Part shown: positions 38,851 to 50,779 of the stretch, in pieces
How positions within the stretch are numbered: position 1 is the first letter of the stretch
Layout of the letters: every line of letters starts with the position of its first letter
NCBI RefSeq assembly: GCF_964355755.1
Contig: NC_092673.1
Coordinates: 11,132,948 to 11,196,947 of the forward strand
Direction of reading: 5' to 3'
From: Antedon mediterranea
Taxonomy: Eukaryota; Animalia; Echinodermata
Length of the DNA: 64,000 nucleotides
Made by a program: the position numbers and the translations under genes
Notes under the pieces: model-generated
What the model was told of the DNA's origin: nothing
The model's database searches: none
The model's input: the letters and a program-made list of their open reading frames with translations, nothing else

Positions 38851-39795
38851 GTTATTGTTATTGTTATTGTTATTATTATTATTATTACTGTTATAATTAT
38901 CACAGATATCAAATGAAGTTTCAATTTTTCGCAGATTAATGGCCGATAGTTGTAAAAGAATAAAAGGAAATATTTAGCTTAAAATAACATTTTAATTTAT
39001 TAGTAAATAAGCCTAAGTTAATCGGGAGCGTATTTCTAAGATCCTGAGGCAACCTATCCCATGAGCGTTGAAACTGCTTAAATGTAGACAATTTAGAATT
39101 GTCAGTCCTACCAAACTTGTGAACAAATCTTAGATCATTGTCACGCCTGAGGTTAATCTGAACAAAATCAAAAATTTTAAAATTATATTTGTTATAGAGA
39201 CATTTGGAAACAAAGGAAATCAATAGGTAATTTATACGACCATCAAAGGACGGAAGACCAAGAACTCCAAGTCTCTGCTCATAAGACAGGGTGCCCCAGG
39301 ATTTAGGTATACAAACCCTGGTCATGCGGCGTTGAACCCTCTCTAAAGATTCAATCTCTCCCTTTCGATACGGAAACCACGCCGGCATCCCATACTCCAT
39401 AATAGGTCTAACAAGAGCAATTAAAAAGCTTTGGGATAACGATGTGGTTTCTAAAACGCACGACCCTCATGATAAACCCCAGAAGCCTGGACGCCTTAGC
39501 CTTAACATTTGCGACATTGGTACCCCATTCAAGCTTGTGTGTAAAGGTAATCCCAATATATTTAAAACACTCCACCCTCTCAATAACAATCTCCCCAATT
39601 AGATAATTGATTGCACTGTTCTTAAGTTTGGCTGATCTAGTAAACCGTATGTGCTTACATTTAATAGGATTAAGCGGTAATTTATTAAGAACACTCCAAT
39701 TATAAATTTCGTTTATGTTGTTCTGCAATGCAGCACTGTCTTCGGTAGATCTTATTGCCCTGTAGACTGCTACATCGTCGGCATAAAGTAAAATA
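38512..39795 (-). mobile_element. 5'-truncated LINE (RT C-terminus, 3' UTR with (ATT)n, (TGAAA)n tail), 16-bp TSD
   Basis: LLYADD, LPLNPIKCK, KYIGI, LERVQRR motifs (ORFs 39408-39800, 38936-39400). TSD TTCATTTTGATGACGT at 38496-38511 and 39796-39811. Confidence 0.85.
38760..38900 (+). repeat. (ATT)n microsatellite
   Basis: Direct observation; lies in the LINE 3' UTR. Confidence 0.95.
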
Positions 39796-40086
39796 TTCAT
39801 TTTGATGACGTCATCATGTTAAAAATTGGATAAAATGGTGGGTCCTGTGTTTACCTATTCTGCACTATATGTAGTACGTATACAGTGTATACTGTATATT
39901 TAGACGTGACACTGACAGAAAATAGAGGACAAACTAACATTTTATTTTCTTCAGGTCACACTGGCATTATCATTTTTCTGTGCACAATATTCTAACGTAT
40001 GACGTGCACATGGTGTTTGCACAGCGGATAACTTGTACATAGTGACGAGTTCAAATCTATTTGTAATTAAGATTCTGTACTGTTCT

Positions 40087-40350
40087 TAATATCTGCAAGC
40101 ATAGAGTATCAGAGATGCCAAGACCAAGCACTTGATAATCTTGATGGCATCAAAACCATAGTTGATGATATCTTAGTAATTGGTAGAGGAAACACTATGA
40201 AAGAAGCTATCCAGATCACAACAAAAACTTGCAAAACCTCATTAAACATGCTTTACAAATAAAATTAAACAAGAAAAAATTAAAAGCTTGGACTTTTACA
40301 GAGATTAAGTTTATTGGGACACTGAAGCTGAAGTATTATGATCCTACTAT
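40087..40350 (+). mobile_element. Gypsy reverse transcriptase fragment (degenerate)
   Basis: Translates SASIEYQRCQDQALDNLDGIKTIVDDILVIGRG..EAI..HNKNL..KLNKKK..FIGH, like the Ty3/Gypsy YxDD region. Confidence 0.65.
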
Positions 40351-40642
40351 GGTGCTTGAACACGTTGTTTTATTGTTTTATTAAAATACTAAATTACAGC
40401 TACTACAGTATATGAATAAAGCGAAATAAAAAAAAAACTTTATTTATTTGGGTGTAGTTCCTGATGAACCAGAGGGGTACCATCACGTAACAATTGTTCA
40501 AGATAACACGGCCATGGGGGACACATTTAGAACAGTATTTCATTTTAACAAACTACAGTAGTACAGTATTTTACGAACCTTTTTGTTGATTTTTGTGCTG
40601 TTTAACTATTTGTGACTCTACACCAGTGGACAGGGCCTGCTG

Positions 40643-41367
40643 GCGATTTTTTTTTTCGTACATAAGTTGGGGACCCCTCATGAAACGTCACAAAATAAAC
40701 ATGAATAATTCATCATTTAAAATTAAAATTATAGTTTCTATTAATACTATTAGGCCTAATTATTAGTCTCTAAACCCATGTCTATTCTAGTAGTAGCTGT
40801 GTGGGTGTGTGTGACGTGTGTGTGTTAGATATGACCAAACTATCTTTGGTATGACACAATCCGAGTAATAAGTCAGCAAAATTAAACAATAAACATTACA
40901 GAAAAATACATTTTTTATTCTGTGAGTCAAATCTTCCCATCTCATGTGTTCATATACGCGCATTTTTAAAGTTCCTTTGAGTACATGCATATTGTTTGAT
41001 AATAAAATAGCAGAATTAAAAAAATACATTGCACAAATTATACACATTCTTTATTCTTGTGGGTCTAAGCTTTCTTTGGGCTATGTCCAATGAATTACTA
41101 CTTAGTTTAATGTCTTGCCTAGCTGTCGATTAGCCTCGACTCGACACATTTTGTGTGAAGAAGAGTGCGCGAAGGCAATCACGTGAATTGACTTAGAATC
41201 CTAGGCCTACTGTAGAAAGAAAGTATCGTATCGCAGTTGTGTAATCACTTCTTGTTGCTATACGCTTGGGTGCACACGGAACAACAAATTAAACTGATGA
41301 ATTATTCATGTTTATTTTGTGACGTTTCATGAGGGGTCCCCAACTTATGTACGAAAAAAAAAATCGC
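40643..41367. mobile_element. Mutator-type MITE, short copy, 9-bp TSD
   Basis: Same TIR as 27968-29311; TSD GGCCTGCTG (40634-40642, 41368-41376); opposite orientation to the first copy. Confidence 0.9.
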
Positions 41368-41436
41368 GGCCTGCTGTGTATTTTAAATAAAATTTTATTT
41401 TATACACATTTTGATTTCTAAATTTGTATTTTCCAG

Positions 41437-41777
41437 TCGGAACTAGGAAAATCTCTGAAACGAGGATTCACTTTACCTTCAGAAGAATTCACATTTGGGC
41501 GTGCAAACCAATCCAAAGATGGGGGTGCTGCAGAGGCAATAACAGGCTGGACACCACTGGCATCTATACCTCCTGGTAAAGGAAGAAAGGAAAAGAAACA
41601 AGAACGTGACTTTATTGCATTGAACAAAGCATGTGTGGGTGTAGGCCTGATTACAGCACAAGAACATTTTCAATACAGAGCAACTCATGATGTCAGGAGA
41701 CAAGCTTCAGAAGAAGAAAAAAATAAAACAAAGATTAAAAGAATTCCAGCAACAGTCACATTTGGTGTCCCTACAAG
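41437..41777 (+). CDS. CFAP77: CFAP77 exon 2
   Basis: TTCCAG| acceptor; SELGKSLKRGFTLPSEEFTFGRANQSKDGGAAEAITGW..RDFIALNKACVGVGLITAQEHFQYRATHDVR..TFGVPT; AG|GT donor, phase 2. Confidence 0.9.
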
Positions 41778-41784
41778 GTATTAT

Positions 41785-41845
41785 GTTAAGCAACATTGGG
41801 CGCGGTTGCATTTTGGGATGGGAGACCGTTTGGGAATATCGCATT
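41785..41845 (+). pseudogene. 5S rRNA-derived fragment (internal control region)
   Basis: GTTAAGCAACATTGGGCGCGGTT..GGATGGGAGACCGTTTGGGAATATCG resembles the 3' half of 5S rRNA (A box, C box). Confidence 0.65.
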
Positions 41846-42014
41846 GGGTGCTCTATCAGAGAGGATAGTGTAATGATGGGAATCGGAATAAGTGATATTC
41901 AGTTATCTTTAATTGTAACTTGCAATTTGCTTGGCTGCGAACAGTTATAGGCGTGCTGTTTTAACAACAAACAAAGTGATAATTATTAAATTATTGTAAT
42001 ATTTTTTTTTTCAG

Positions 42015-42120
42015 ACCATCTACACCAGTTTTTGATCTGATTGAACATAAGTATCAAGATAGGTGGTTGCAGGAGAGGAGAAAAACAGAATTAGCAAAAA
42101 GAGAACGTGTTGAAGAAAAG
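42015..42120 (+). CDS. CFAP77: CFAP77 exon 3
   Basis: T-tract CAG| acceptor; (R)PSTPVFDLIEHKYQDRWLQERRKTELAKRERVEEK; AG|GTAATG donor. RPSTP motif as in CFAP77. Confidence 0.9.
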
Positions 42121-42184
42121 GTAATGGCAGTTCAACATATTATTTTGTTGATGATACAATATCTAATATATTAAATGATTTACT

Positions 42185-43133
42185 AACTAGAAAGCTACTC
42201 TAGGAGTGCATACCTCCGCCTACTGTAAAATTCTTCTACATAAGATTTCTCGGGGAATATAATAATATATATTTATGTGTGTCTTAACACGTTCACTGCC
42301 ACGGCGTGTCGCTACTTGCCAAGACGTAATACTACGTCAAAATCGTAGCACTTTTGTATTGTATGTAGAATCGCTGGCAGTGGTGATTGGAACAGGAATT
42401 ATCGCATGGCAGTTGATGTGATGATGTACGTAAACGATAATCTAAAAATAAATGTCATATGTTTGTTTGTGTTTATTCCCTCATGCATTGAATATGGTTG
42501 ATACGATGGCGCCCTCACACTCAATATAATCATCTCAAACGGGACTTGGCACTGGGACAGAAATTACGGAAAATGCCTTGGCAGTCAATGTGTTAATGCT
42601 GTTTGTGACTTATGCTAAATTTTTTTTCCCTGCAAGCATGTGTGTATGCCAGTTTGGTGTAATGGTTATGTATAGCCTTTCAATTAACAATAGCTTCAGT
42701 TGACTAACAATAGAACAGCAACGCGAAAATCAAACGAGTGAATTTGCAAAGAAATAGGTTTTTTAAACTACATTAAATCAAATCAATCAAATTATGTTTT
42801 AAAATTACAAATCACAAATTATAACTCTTGCCTCTTGTACAAAAATGAAGTTTTTTGGACAAGTAGAGAAAATGCAATTTTACTTGTTACGTAAGACTGC
42901 TCGCCGGCTTTTGAAAATTCTGTCCTATCTTTTAACACTTAGCAGGTCTGAAAAGTATACTAAAAAGTGGTCCAGAATTGGGACCATGGTCCCAAAATTA
43001 ATGGAATGGTTCTTGACCAATATCTATCTGTATATTCATTTTGGTAAAGATCTTATAATTACTTTTTGAGTAATCCTGCTAACAAACAAACACATGCGAT
43101 GGAATTACATACCTCCTTGGCGGAGGTATATAA
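42185..43133 (-). mobile_element. Helentron/DINE-like element family C copy 2
   Basis: ACTAG..hairpin..ACCTCCGCCTACTGTAAAATT at left and ACCTCCTTGGCGGAGGTA at right, as in 21766-22366. Confidence 0.65.
42288..42592. mobile_element. piggyBac-type MITE, TTAA TSD
   Basis: TTAA-CACGTTCACTGCCA...TGGCAGTCAATGTG-TTAA. Confidence 0.7.
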
Positions 43134-43984
43134 TGCCATTAAAAAAGCCACATGACATATCTACCCTCTGCTGGCACAACACAGCAACTCAAACCGTGCT
43201 ATATTCCCTGTGTGACAACCTAATTTGCATATCAAAGATGCACATGGAATAAAACATTGGAGGTCAAAAGAACCGACGCTTGATTCTCCTTTTATTGTTT
43301 TCTCCGTAACAACACTCATCAAAAATCAAAAAGTCGGTTTGTTCTTCCTATCTAATCGGTGTATTCGGTACCTCCCGGAAGCGATTGGGGATTTGAACTG
43401 CATAAAATAATAAAGATAATGTTACTAAACAAACTGATAATCAACATACCGGATAGCAGAACATAGCGGATACCCTGCACCAAGAGTATCCACTTATTAC
43501 AGGTTTTAGCTGTATATAATTTTCATTATACTGTACTCTATATACTATGGAATATTTTTTATTTATTATTTCAATTCTCCCAGAGGGCCCAGTTATGATC
43601 AGTGGCCTATTAAAAAATCTGTTAGCATGCCTGATCCGCGCAAACGCAACATGGACGTATTAATTCATCATTAAAATATGAACACCAAAAATGACTAAGC
43701 CATCCTATGACATGAAGTAAATATGACAGTGATGAATTGTGTCTATTGCCATGTTTCCGCAGCGAAAACAAAAATTGTTGGTTAAATTTTAATTTACTAA
43801 TTAAAGATGCATGATCAGTCAAAACCAAACAACCAATCACAATGCAATAATTTGTCCTTCAGGTCAATGGTTAAAAATTATCACATTTTAATGAGATAAT
43901 TATTGGTAAATTTTTCTCGAGCGGAATTATTCAATTCATCGGTTAATTTTTGGCTGCAGTATATATTATACAATTAGCTTTGAA

Positions 43985-46250
43985 GGGATTACGATCCATC
44001 TTTTATTCAAATTTTTAACATGATGAAGTCATCAAAATGACATATGAAGATAGCTATTTCGGAAGAAAATTGTCTGAGCAATTACGTTACAATTTGAAAA
44101 CATTTGGGAACATAGAAGCAAGATGCACCCTCTTTTAAATGTGATGAACTTTTACAAAGGAGATGAAAATCCGAAAATTTGAATACAACTGACCATATGA
44201 TGACGTCACAAAATCCGATATTTTTTATAATTAAACATATTCCATAATAAGCTTTAATCATGAGGGATTGAAATATACTGTAAATAGGAAATTCAGTAAC
44301 TCGTGTTATTCTAATTTTTTGATGTGAACATAATAAAAATTAAATTTGTTTCACTCATATGAATTGATTGAGAAAGATCATATTAAAATCGAGAAGAAAA
44401 TAGAGGTACACATCAGCGCGATGCCCTCTATTAAATGGGATTATCTAGTAAAAAAGAGAAAAAAAAATCCTATTTTAATAATATGAGTGGCCATACAATG
44501 ATGTTGAAACATCCGCTAGGTAAAAATGTTACATGAATTCATATGTTAAACAGGGTCTTTGTTTTGCATTAGCAGTTCCAAAGATTTTCCCCATGATACA
44601 GTATAGGGAATAATTCATTGTCTGAAAGTACAATTTTAGACTAACATGAAACATGTATGTCATTTTAGTGTCAAATTTGTAATCAATTTCATTTACCCTC
44701 AATTTTTAATACTATACATACGTAAGTGCGGCTACATGATTTGTGAGTGTTTTTCCAGCAGCTACCCTAGCAGCGCGATGATATATCATTTTCGATTACT
44801 GCATGAACTAATTCCAGGATTTGCCGTCACATCATGAATATTCATGTTAGGATTCAGGCCCTCTATAGTTTCTGCCTTAACCTAATAAGGAAAAAAATAA
44901 TGCTTCCGGTTGATTAACATTTGCTTTAGATTACAATTTTCTTGGGCAGATATTTTTTTTTTCGATCCAATTTTTGGTCAAAGTGAACTTTTATGTACCA
45001 TTAAAATGGCCTATTAAACAAAAATATTTTTAAAAAAAATATTTTCAGGGGAACAATATAACTTTAATCAATTAAAAATATCCGCAACGAAGTTGCAGGA
45101 TAACTCCTTGTGATTGTACGACATCATCGTCATCATCTTTTTTTCTTTCTTTCTGTAATTTTTGTGTCACGCTTATCTGTAAACTTGCCAACATAACATT
45201 TCGTAACTTTCTCAACATATCGTCATTCATATGAAGTTGTACAGCGAACCTTTTCAGCATGTTTACAATTGCGCAACGTAACTTATTCGCGATTTTATGA
45301 ATTTCATGTATTTAACATAGGTCAAAAACCAAATAAAATTTTAAATTGAAACTTTGCAATAGTTTAATTTATATCATTCGCTAACTCTCTGTGGAAAAAA
45401 ATTGCGTGTTTTACACAAAGTTACACGCGCACGCGTATTTAACATTCGACTTAAAATTACGTCATACGAGCACGTAGAATTGGACAATTTGCGCGCGTTT
45501 TTAGTGAAACAATTCAAAAATTCGTCAAAATTATGCCTTTTTTTAAACAGTCGTAGTTTCTAAACTAAACAAGATGAAAGTTATTTTTATTACATATTCT
45601 GGAAGTTGATGAGTTGTAGATATCGGATCATGCATTAATATGGCTAACAGGACATTGTGACGTCATCAGATGGCCACGCGAATATAAAATATAGGATTTT
45701 TGTATCTTTCGTCATAGCTCAGCACATTTAATAGAGCGCATCTCCACTTATTCGTTTTTCATTTAAACCCAGATTTTGATATTTTCTAGGTCAATCAACT
45801 ATCTTTCCCATGGGTTAAAAATATTTTAATTTTTATGACAACATCATGTCTAAAAATGTAAATAACGTGGGTCACTTATTTTCATCTTTACAGTAAATTT
45901 CAATCTGTTATAGCTCGTCAGAATAAAAAGTGATAATCATGATTAAAACGTTTTCTGGAAGCTATTGGATTGAAGATACGAATTTATGTTGACTTTTTGC
46001 TAATCAGATGTTTTTACGTCATGGCCAGTTGAATATAAAAAGTCGTATTTTCATATTTTGCGTCATAGTTCATCACATTTAAAAGAGCACGCATCTATAT
46101 TTTACAGATTCAAATTTCTTCTACACGTTAATATGTTGTTGCTGAGATAATTTGCTTCCAAAATTGCTAACTTAGTTTTTCATTTTGATACCGTCACCAT
46201 GTTAAAAATTGGAATAAATGGCGGGTCCCGTAATCTCACCTATTCTACAC
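43985..46250. mobile_element. old TIR element remnant (related sequence also at ~38340-38510 + 39812-39870)
   Basis: 43985-44090 is inverted to 46130-46235. The right end finishes CACTGTG; the left terminus and TSD are unresolved. Confidence 0.4.
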
Positions 46251-46983
46251 TGTGTGTAATATGTATACAGATTTTACTGTTTATACTGACTGTAACGGAA
46301 TGGTATAGCCCAAATCACTTATTTCCTACCTATTTCTATAATGTAGCAGGCCAAATAAGACTAGATTCTGATTGGCTATTTTACTAGGCGTGTAATTTAA
46401 CTACGCGCTAAATTTAACTACGCGCTAAATTGTGGTAAACAACTTATCCAGGGACCTAGTAGGCGTGGCATTTGTCGTGTGGAAACTAACTCGTCAAAGC
46501 AACGAGTTCAGATCTAGTTAAAGTTTATTTTGTAATTAAAGTTCATCAAAATGAATTAAATACTACAGAAGGTATGGAAAACAAAAATAAATTGCAAAAA
46601 CCTTTTTTCTACGCTTTGTACGTGAGCAAAACAAAAATAAAATAAATAACAGTTATAAATGCTCAAAATGACCTAAAATGTATGCGAAATTGTTAAGAAA
46701 TTAATTGTGCAAAATTTTTTGCGTAGCATCCTATTTTTTTCATGTAAAAATTTCCTCCATATTATGAAGTAAGTTTCATTGCAAAAATGGCTTTTGAGTC
46801 AGAATTTATGATCAACCACATCTACATTTAGAGGTCAATTTTATGTTGACAAGAATTAGAGATACAGCTACAACAAAAATCATGAAAAGAAAGAATAAGA
46901 TAGAAAAAAAGGATACTGACAATAACAAGGGTTATGAGCCAAGTGCAGATAACCAATTAATTATTTTTTATTTTCTCTTTTAG

Positions 46984-47217
46984 GAAACTGCTCAGAAAGG
47001 AATTTATGAAACAAGGGCTTCATCACTGCGAAAATATTGTCCACCAGTGGATGCCCCACCTCTCTGGCACATGTCCAGATTTCGTGAAGTTCTACCACAT
47101 CTTGAGACATTCCGTTCAATAAAAACAAAAGACAGATCATTCAAGCATCATGCGTATGACTGCACAGCACGCACCGGAGTCTTTGGTCATGGAATCTATG
47201 AAAGTGCTAAATCTTAA
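46984..47217 (+). CDS. CFAP77: CFAP77 exon 4 (terminal)
   Basis: TTTAG| acceptor; ETAQKGIYETRASSLRKYCPPVDAPPLWHMSRFREVLPHLETF..RTGVFGHGIYESAKS*. The four exons sum to 738 nt (245 aa) with compatible phases; AATAAA at ~47279. Confidence 0.9.
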   Translation, partial: ETAQKGIYETRASSLRKYCPPVDAPPLWHMSRFREVLPHLETFRSIKTKDRSFKHHAYDCTARTGVFGHGIYESAKS

Positions 47218-47914
47218 ATCAATATAAACATTTTATTTCACATATGAAAATATGCGCAAGAGAAAGACATAGTATAGGAAATAAAAGGAAAACTTGTATA
47301 CAGTATTATAGTATGTGTGTTAATTGTTACTCTGGGATCATGTAATTCTCCAGTTCAAGGCCATAAGCAGTAGCTCGAAAGAGGCCTAAAACATGGGTTT
47401 CGTTCTACATTTTGAAAGTTCATATTGTGAAATGAATATGTTACCCACAATATAGCAAAAGTTCTCCACGAAATATTTGGAAAATTTTATTTATTGAACA
47501 ATGACCTTTCAAACGTACCCCACTACTGCAAAAACTGCACTTTATAAGGTCTGGGGTTACTTTTATGGGCCAATATCTTTAAAGGTCCTTGTTCAAATGT
47601 TATTATACTTTAACCGTAAATAGTCTAGTGTGTTGTGAACACTTTTCCAAAATTTTAAATTTTAAAAATATGTATTTCGTATGTGAGGAAAACTGAAAAA
47701 TTACAATTATTTAGTTGTAATTGCACTTTTCAAGATTTTTAAGACACAATATCTTCGTAACTAATTGACGTACCCTTTTTATATTCACACCAACTATTTG
47801 AGAGGGTTGTTAACCAACATTTAAAGTTTTAACTTGAGTTTAGGAAGTTTTTATTTATGAAGATGCGAAAACTGATATTTTTGGCAAGTTATATCTTGAT
47901 AATCAACTCTCACT

Positions 47915-48305
47915 ATGCATGTCTAAGTACAAGCTTGTACCAAGCGAAACTGCGGATGGCTCATTAATTCAGTTATGCTTCCTTGGAACTGAGTTACCTA
48001 CATGGATAACTGTGGTAATTCTAGAGCTAATACATGCGAACAAGCGCCATCCGCCGCAAGCCGTGTCACTGCCCATCCTGGCCTTTCTCTCGGTTTTCAC
48101 CTGGTGCTCTTGATTTAGTGGCGGGGATGACCGGAACGTTTACTTTGAAAAAATTAGAGTGTTCAAAGCAGGCCATACGCCTGAAGAGCAGAGTATGGAA
48201 TAATGGAATAGGACCTTGGTTCTATTGCGTTGGTTTTCGGGGAACTCGAGGTAATGATTAAGAGGAACTGTATTGCGGTGTGGGTGGTGAAATTCTTGGA
48301 TCGCC
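47915..48305 (+). pseudogene. 18S rRNA pseudogene fragment with internal deletions
   Basis: ATGCATGTCTAAGTAC, GAAACTGCGGATGGCTCATTAA, GGATAACTGTGGTAATTCTAGAGCTAATACATGC, then a jump to TTTACTTTGAAAAAATTAGAGTGTTCAAAGCAGG..GGTGAAATTCTTGGA. Confidence 0.9.
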
Positions 48306-48369
48306 AAAAATTTTACCAATGCTTTAACAACGTTTTTCGGTGTAATAATAATAATAATAATAAGGAATC

Positions 48370-49630
48370 GCTTCAACCTACTTGATGCACACATTATTGT
48401 TAATAGATATTCATTTCCATTTTAACTACGGTAAATGGTCTTGCACAATCAACAATAACCCTTGAAAATGGTTCACCGAATGCAGGAATAGGCTTAAGTG
48501 GGGCTACTGGAACCTTTTGATTAAGCTTCCCCACTACCTGACACACATGACATGATTTACAATCTTTTCTAAGACCTGGCCAAAAGAAATGCCTGAGAAT
48601 TTTGTCTACCATTTTATTGACACCTAAATGACTTGAAAGAGGATAATCATGCGCAATAGCAATAATATCCTGACGGTATCCACTAGGAATAACTAATATC
48701 TGTTTAAATCCGAATTACATCAAGTGGGACTTCGATCCTTATAACACCCTTCAACACCTTGAATGAACACACTTGCTCCAGCAGAAGAATCATCCGAAAA
48801 TGACAATGCCGATTCTATTATCAGGGATGGTGACGCCCCTGTGTTTCTTAAGACTACTTTACTCAGATTCACATCGTTGATCAATGCTACAGAACCAGTA
48901 GAAAGGGAAAGGCTTAAATAGCTTTCGCACTTTTTCCGGATCTGAAGAGTGGATCAACTTCTCACTTTCATCAACTTCTTGACTCTCTTTCTCTTTCAAC
49001 GGGACTGTATTAATCAACGTGTTTGGAAGTGATTGGGGTTTCTTATTATCCACTTTAGCTTTGTTTTAAAACAGGCAGCAATCTGCCTTTATATTACAAA
49101 GTTCTTACAAATTCACTACTACTAACTGTAGTTTTCTGACTTCGGACCTCAACAGATTTTAAAAACGACTTGGTATCCACCACCTTGTGCGTGAGCACAT
49201 GATTATCGGCAACATGGGCCGCTTTCATTAAATTATCAACTTTCTGCTCCTCTAGACGAACTTCGATAGGGGAACAAGATTTTGTTTGATCATAATCGTT
49301 AATCATTACCTAAGTTCCTAAATTTCGGAACTAACTCATAAGCTGACAAAACAGCAGTTTTAACTGCATCATAGCTTTCACATTGATCCAATGCCAATGC
49401 AGAAAATACCTCTTGGGCTTTACCCACAAGAGCAGTTTGTAACAACACAGTCCAGTGTTTAGCAGCAGGCCACTTTAATCTATTAGCAATTTTCTCAAAA
49501 GCTAAAAAATGTCTCTACCTAGTTCTCATTTAACTTGGGAAGTCATTTAATATTCTGAGTAATCTCTGGATCATTAGGTGTAGAAACCTGTGTGGTGTGA
49601 CCCATGTGGTTAGCTAATTCTAATTTCCTT
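48370..49630 (-). mobile_element. degenerate Gypsy LTR retrotransposon remnant, Gmr1-like (gag, protease, integrase)
   Basis: Gag FEKIA..LKWP..WTVLLQTALVGKAQEVFSAL..Y..VK.AVL.AYEL; protease-like LRNTGA; integrase Zn finger HD...HLGVNK..ILRHFFWPGL..CKSCHVCQVVGK..APLKPIPAFGEPFSRVIVDC. Confidence 0.75.
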
Positions 49631-50672
49631 AACTAGATGGTACGTTCGCTTCGCTCGCGTACCATCTAGGTCGTGTCCACAGATGATTCTCGAATACACA
49701 GTAATTTCAGCGTCAAAAACAACTGGCGGTTTCAAAATGTACATACCGCAGGACTATATATAAAAACATTTTCGTTTTCAGAAACGAATAAATAGACACG
49801 ATGATTAATGTAGTCAACTAAAATAAGCACCCTGGGAATTAGGCCTAGGCCTACTTCCGAAGGAGAAACTTGTCTTAAAAATGAGTCCAAATTTTTTTTT
49901 GAATAAATAGACACGATGATTAATGTAGTCAACTAAAATAAGCACCCTGGGAATTAGGCCTATGCCTACTTCCGAAGGAGAAACTTTTCAATTTTTTTTT
50001 TTTTTTTAACTCATTTAAACAAACCCAATTTGTGTTTTGTATATAACATTAGAGTTGAGGGATGGGGAAGAGGATAGGAAGAACAATTTTTAAATATATT
50101 CTTTATCCACTCAGTAACGAAATATTGTTTTAAATGTTTTGTAGGCCTATCAATAATATACCACTAAACAAAGTAAAACATTTACGATTTAATACTTTTT
50201 TAAAACTGTCCCTGTTATAGTCGATTGAAATAGTAAAGTACATGTAACGATACACCACTACGACGTTTATATTTTTTATAATTGAACCTAAATTCGTTTT
50301 AATTGTCAATAACTAATTATCTAACTCAATTTAATTAGTAAACATGGATGGTTACATCAGGTAGTTAAAATCAGTACCGAGATTTTATCCAACTTATCCA
50401 ATTTATATACCATCGAGTAAACATTCTAGAAATAACGTGCGATTTACCAAATTTTGCCTTTACGTAAAGTTATATTATTATAGATTCAAATTCATGTTTT
50501 TCTTTTTCCCTTTGCATCTCTATTTTTCTTTTTTCAAAAATTTATTTTTCACGTTCCAACTCGATTCTAGCAAACTCGACCTCATTCCCCGCAGTTTTTA
50601 CGGATTCATGAGTAATTAAACCAACATGATTTCCAATCACATTTATCAAATCATATTTATTCATAGAATCAT

Positions 50673-50779
50673 TTATAGATGCTCCAACCTTAAGTACAAG
50701 GAGTCGCAAATCTCATCTGATAGCTCAGCTACCACCTCAATTGACATGCTATCTAAAAATTCCTCGTCAAAATAACTTT
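50673..50779 (-). CDS. candidate terminal coding exon of an unidentified minus-strand gene
   Basis: T-rich tract + TAG| acceptor; open frame SYFDEEFLDSMSIEVVAELSDEICDSLYLRLEHL*; AATAAA ~11 nt after the stop. Non-repetitive, protein-like composition. Confidence 0.45.

Noticed and set aside
38710-38924. Poly-Ile ORFs
   Set aside because: (ATT)n microsatellite.
46230-46256. Transib/ProtoRAG end (CACTGTG)
   Set aside because: No matching CACAGTG left terminus, 5-bp TSD or RAG-like coding sequence was found.
47915-48305. Functional 18S rRNA gene
   Set aside because: Only ~390 bp, with large internal deletions and substitutions; no ITS or 28S nearby.
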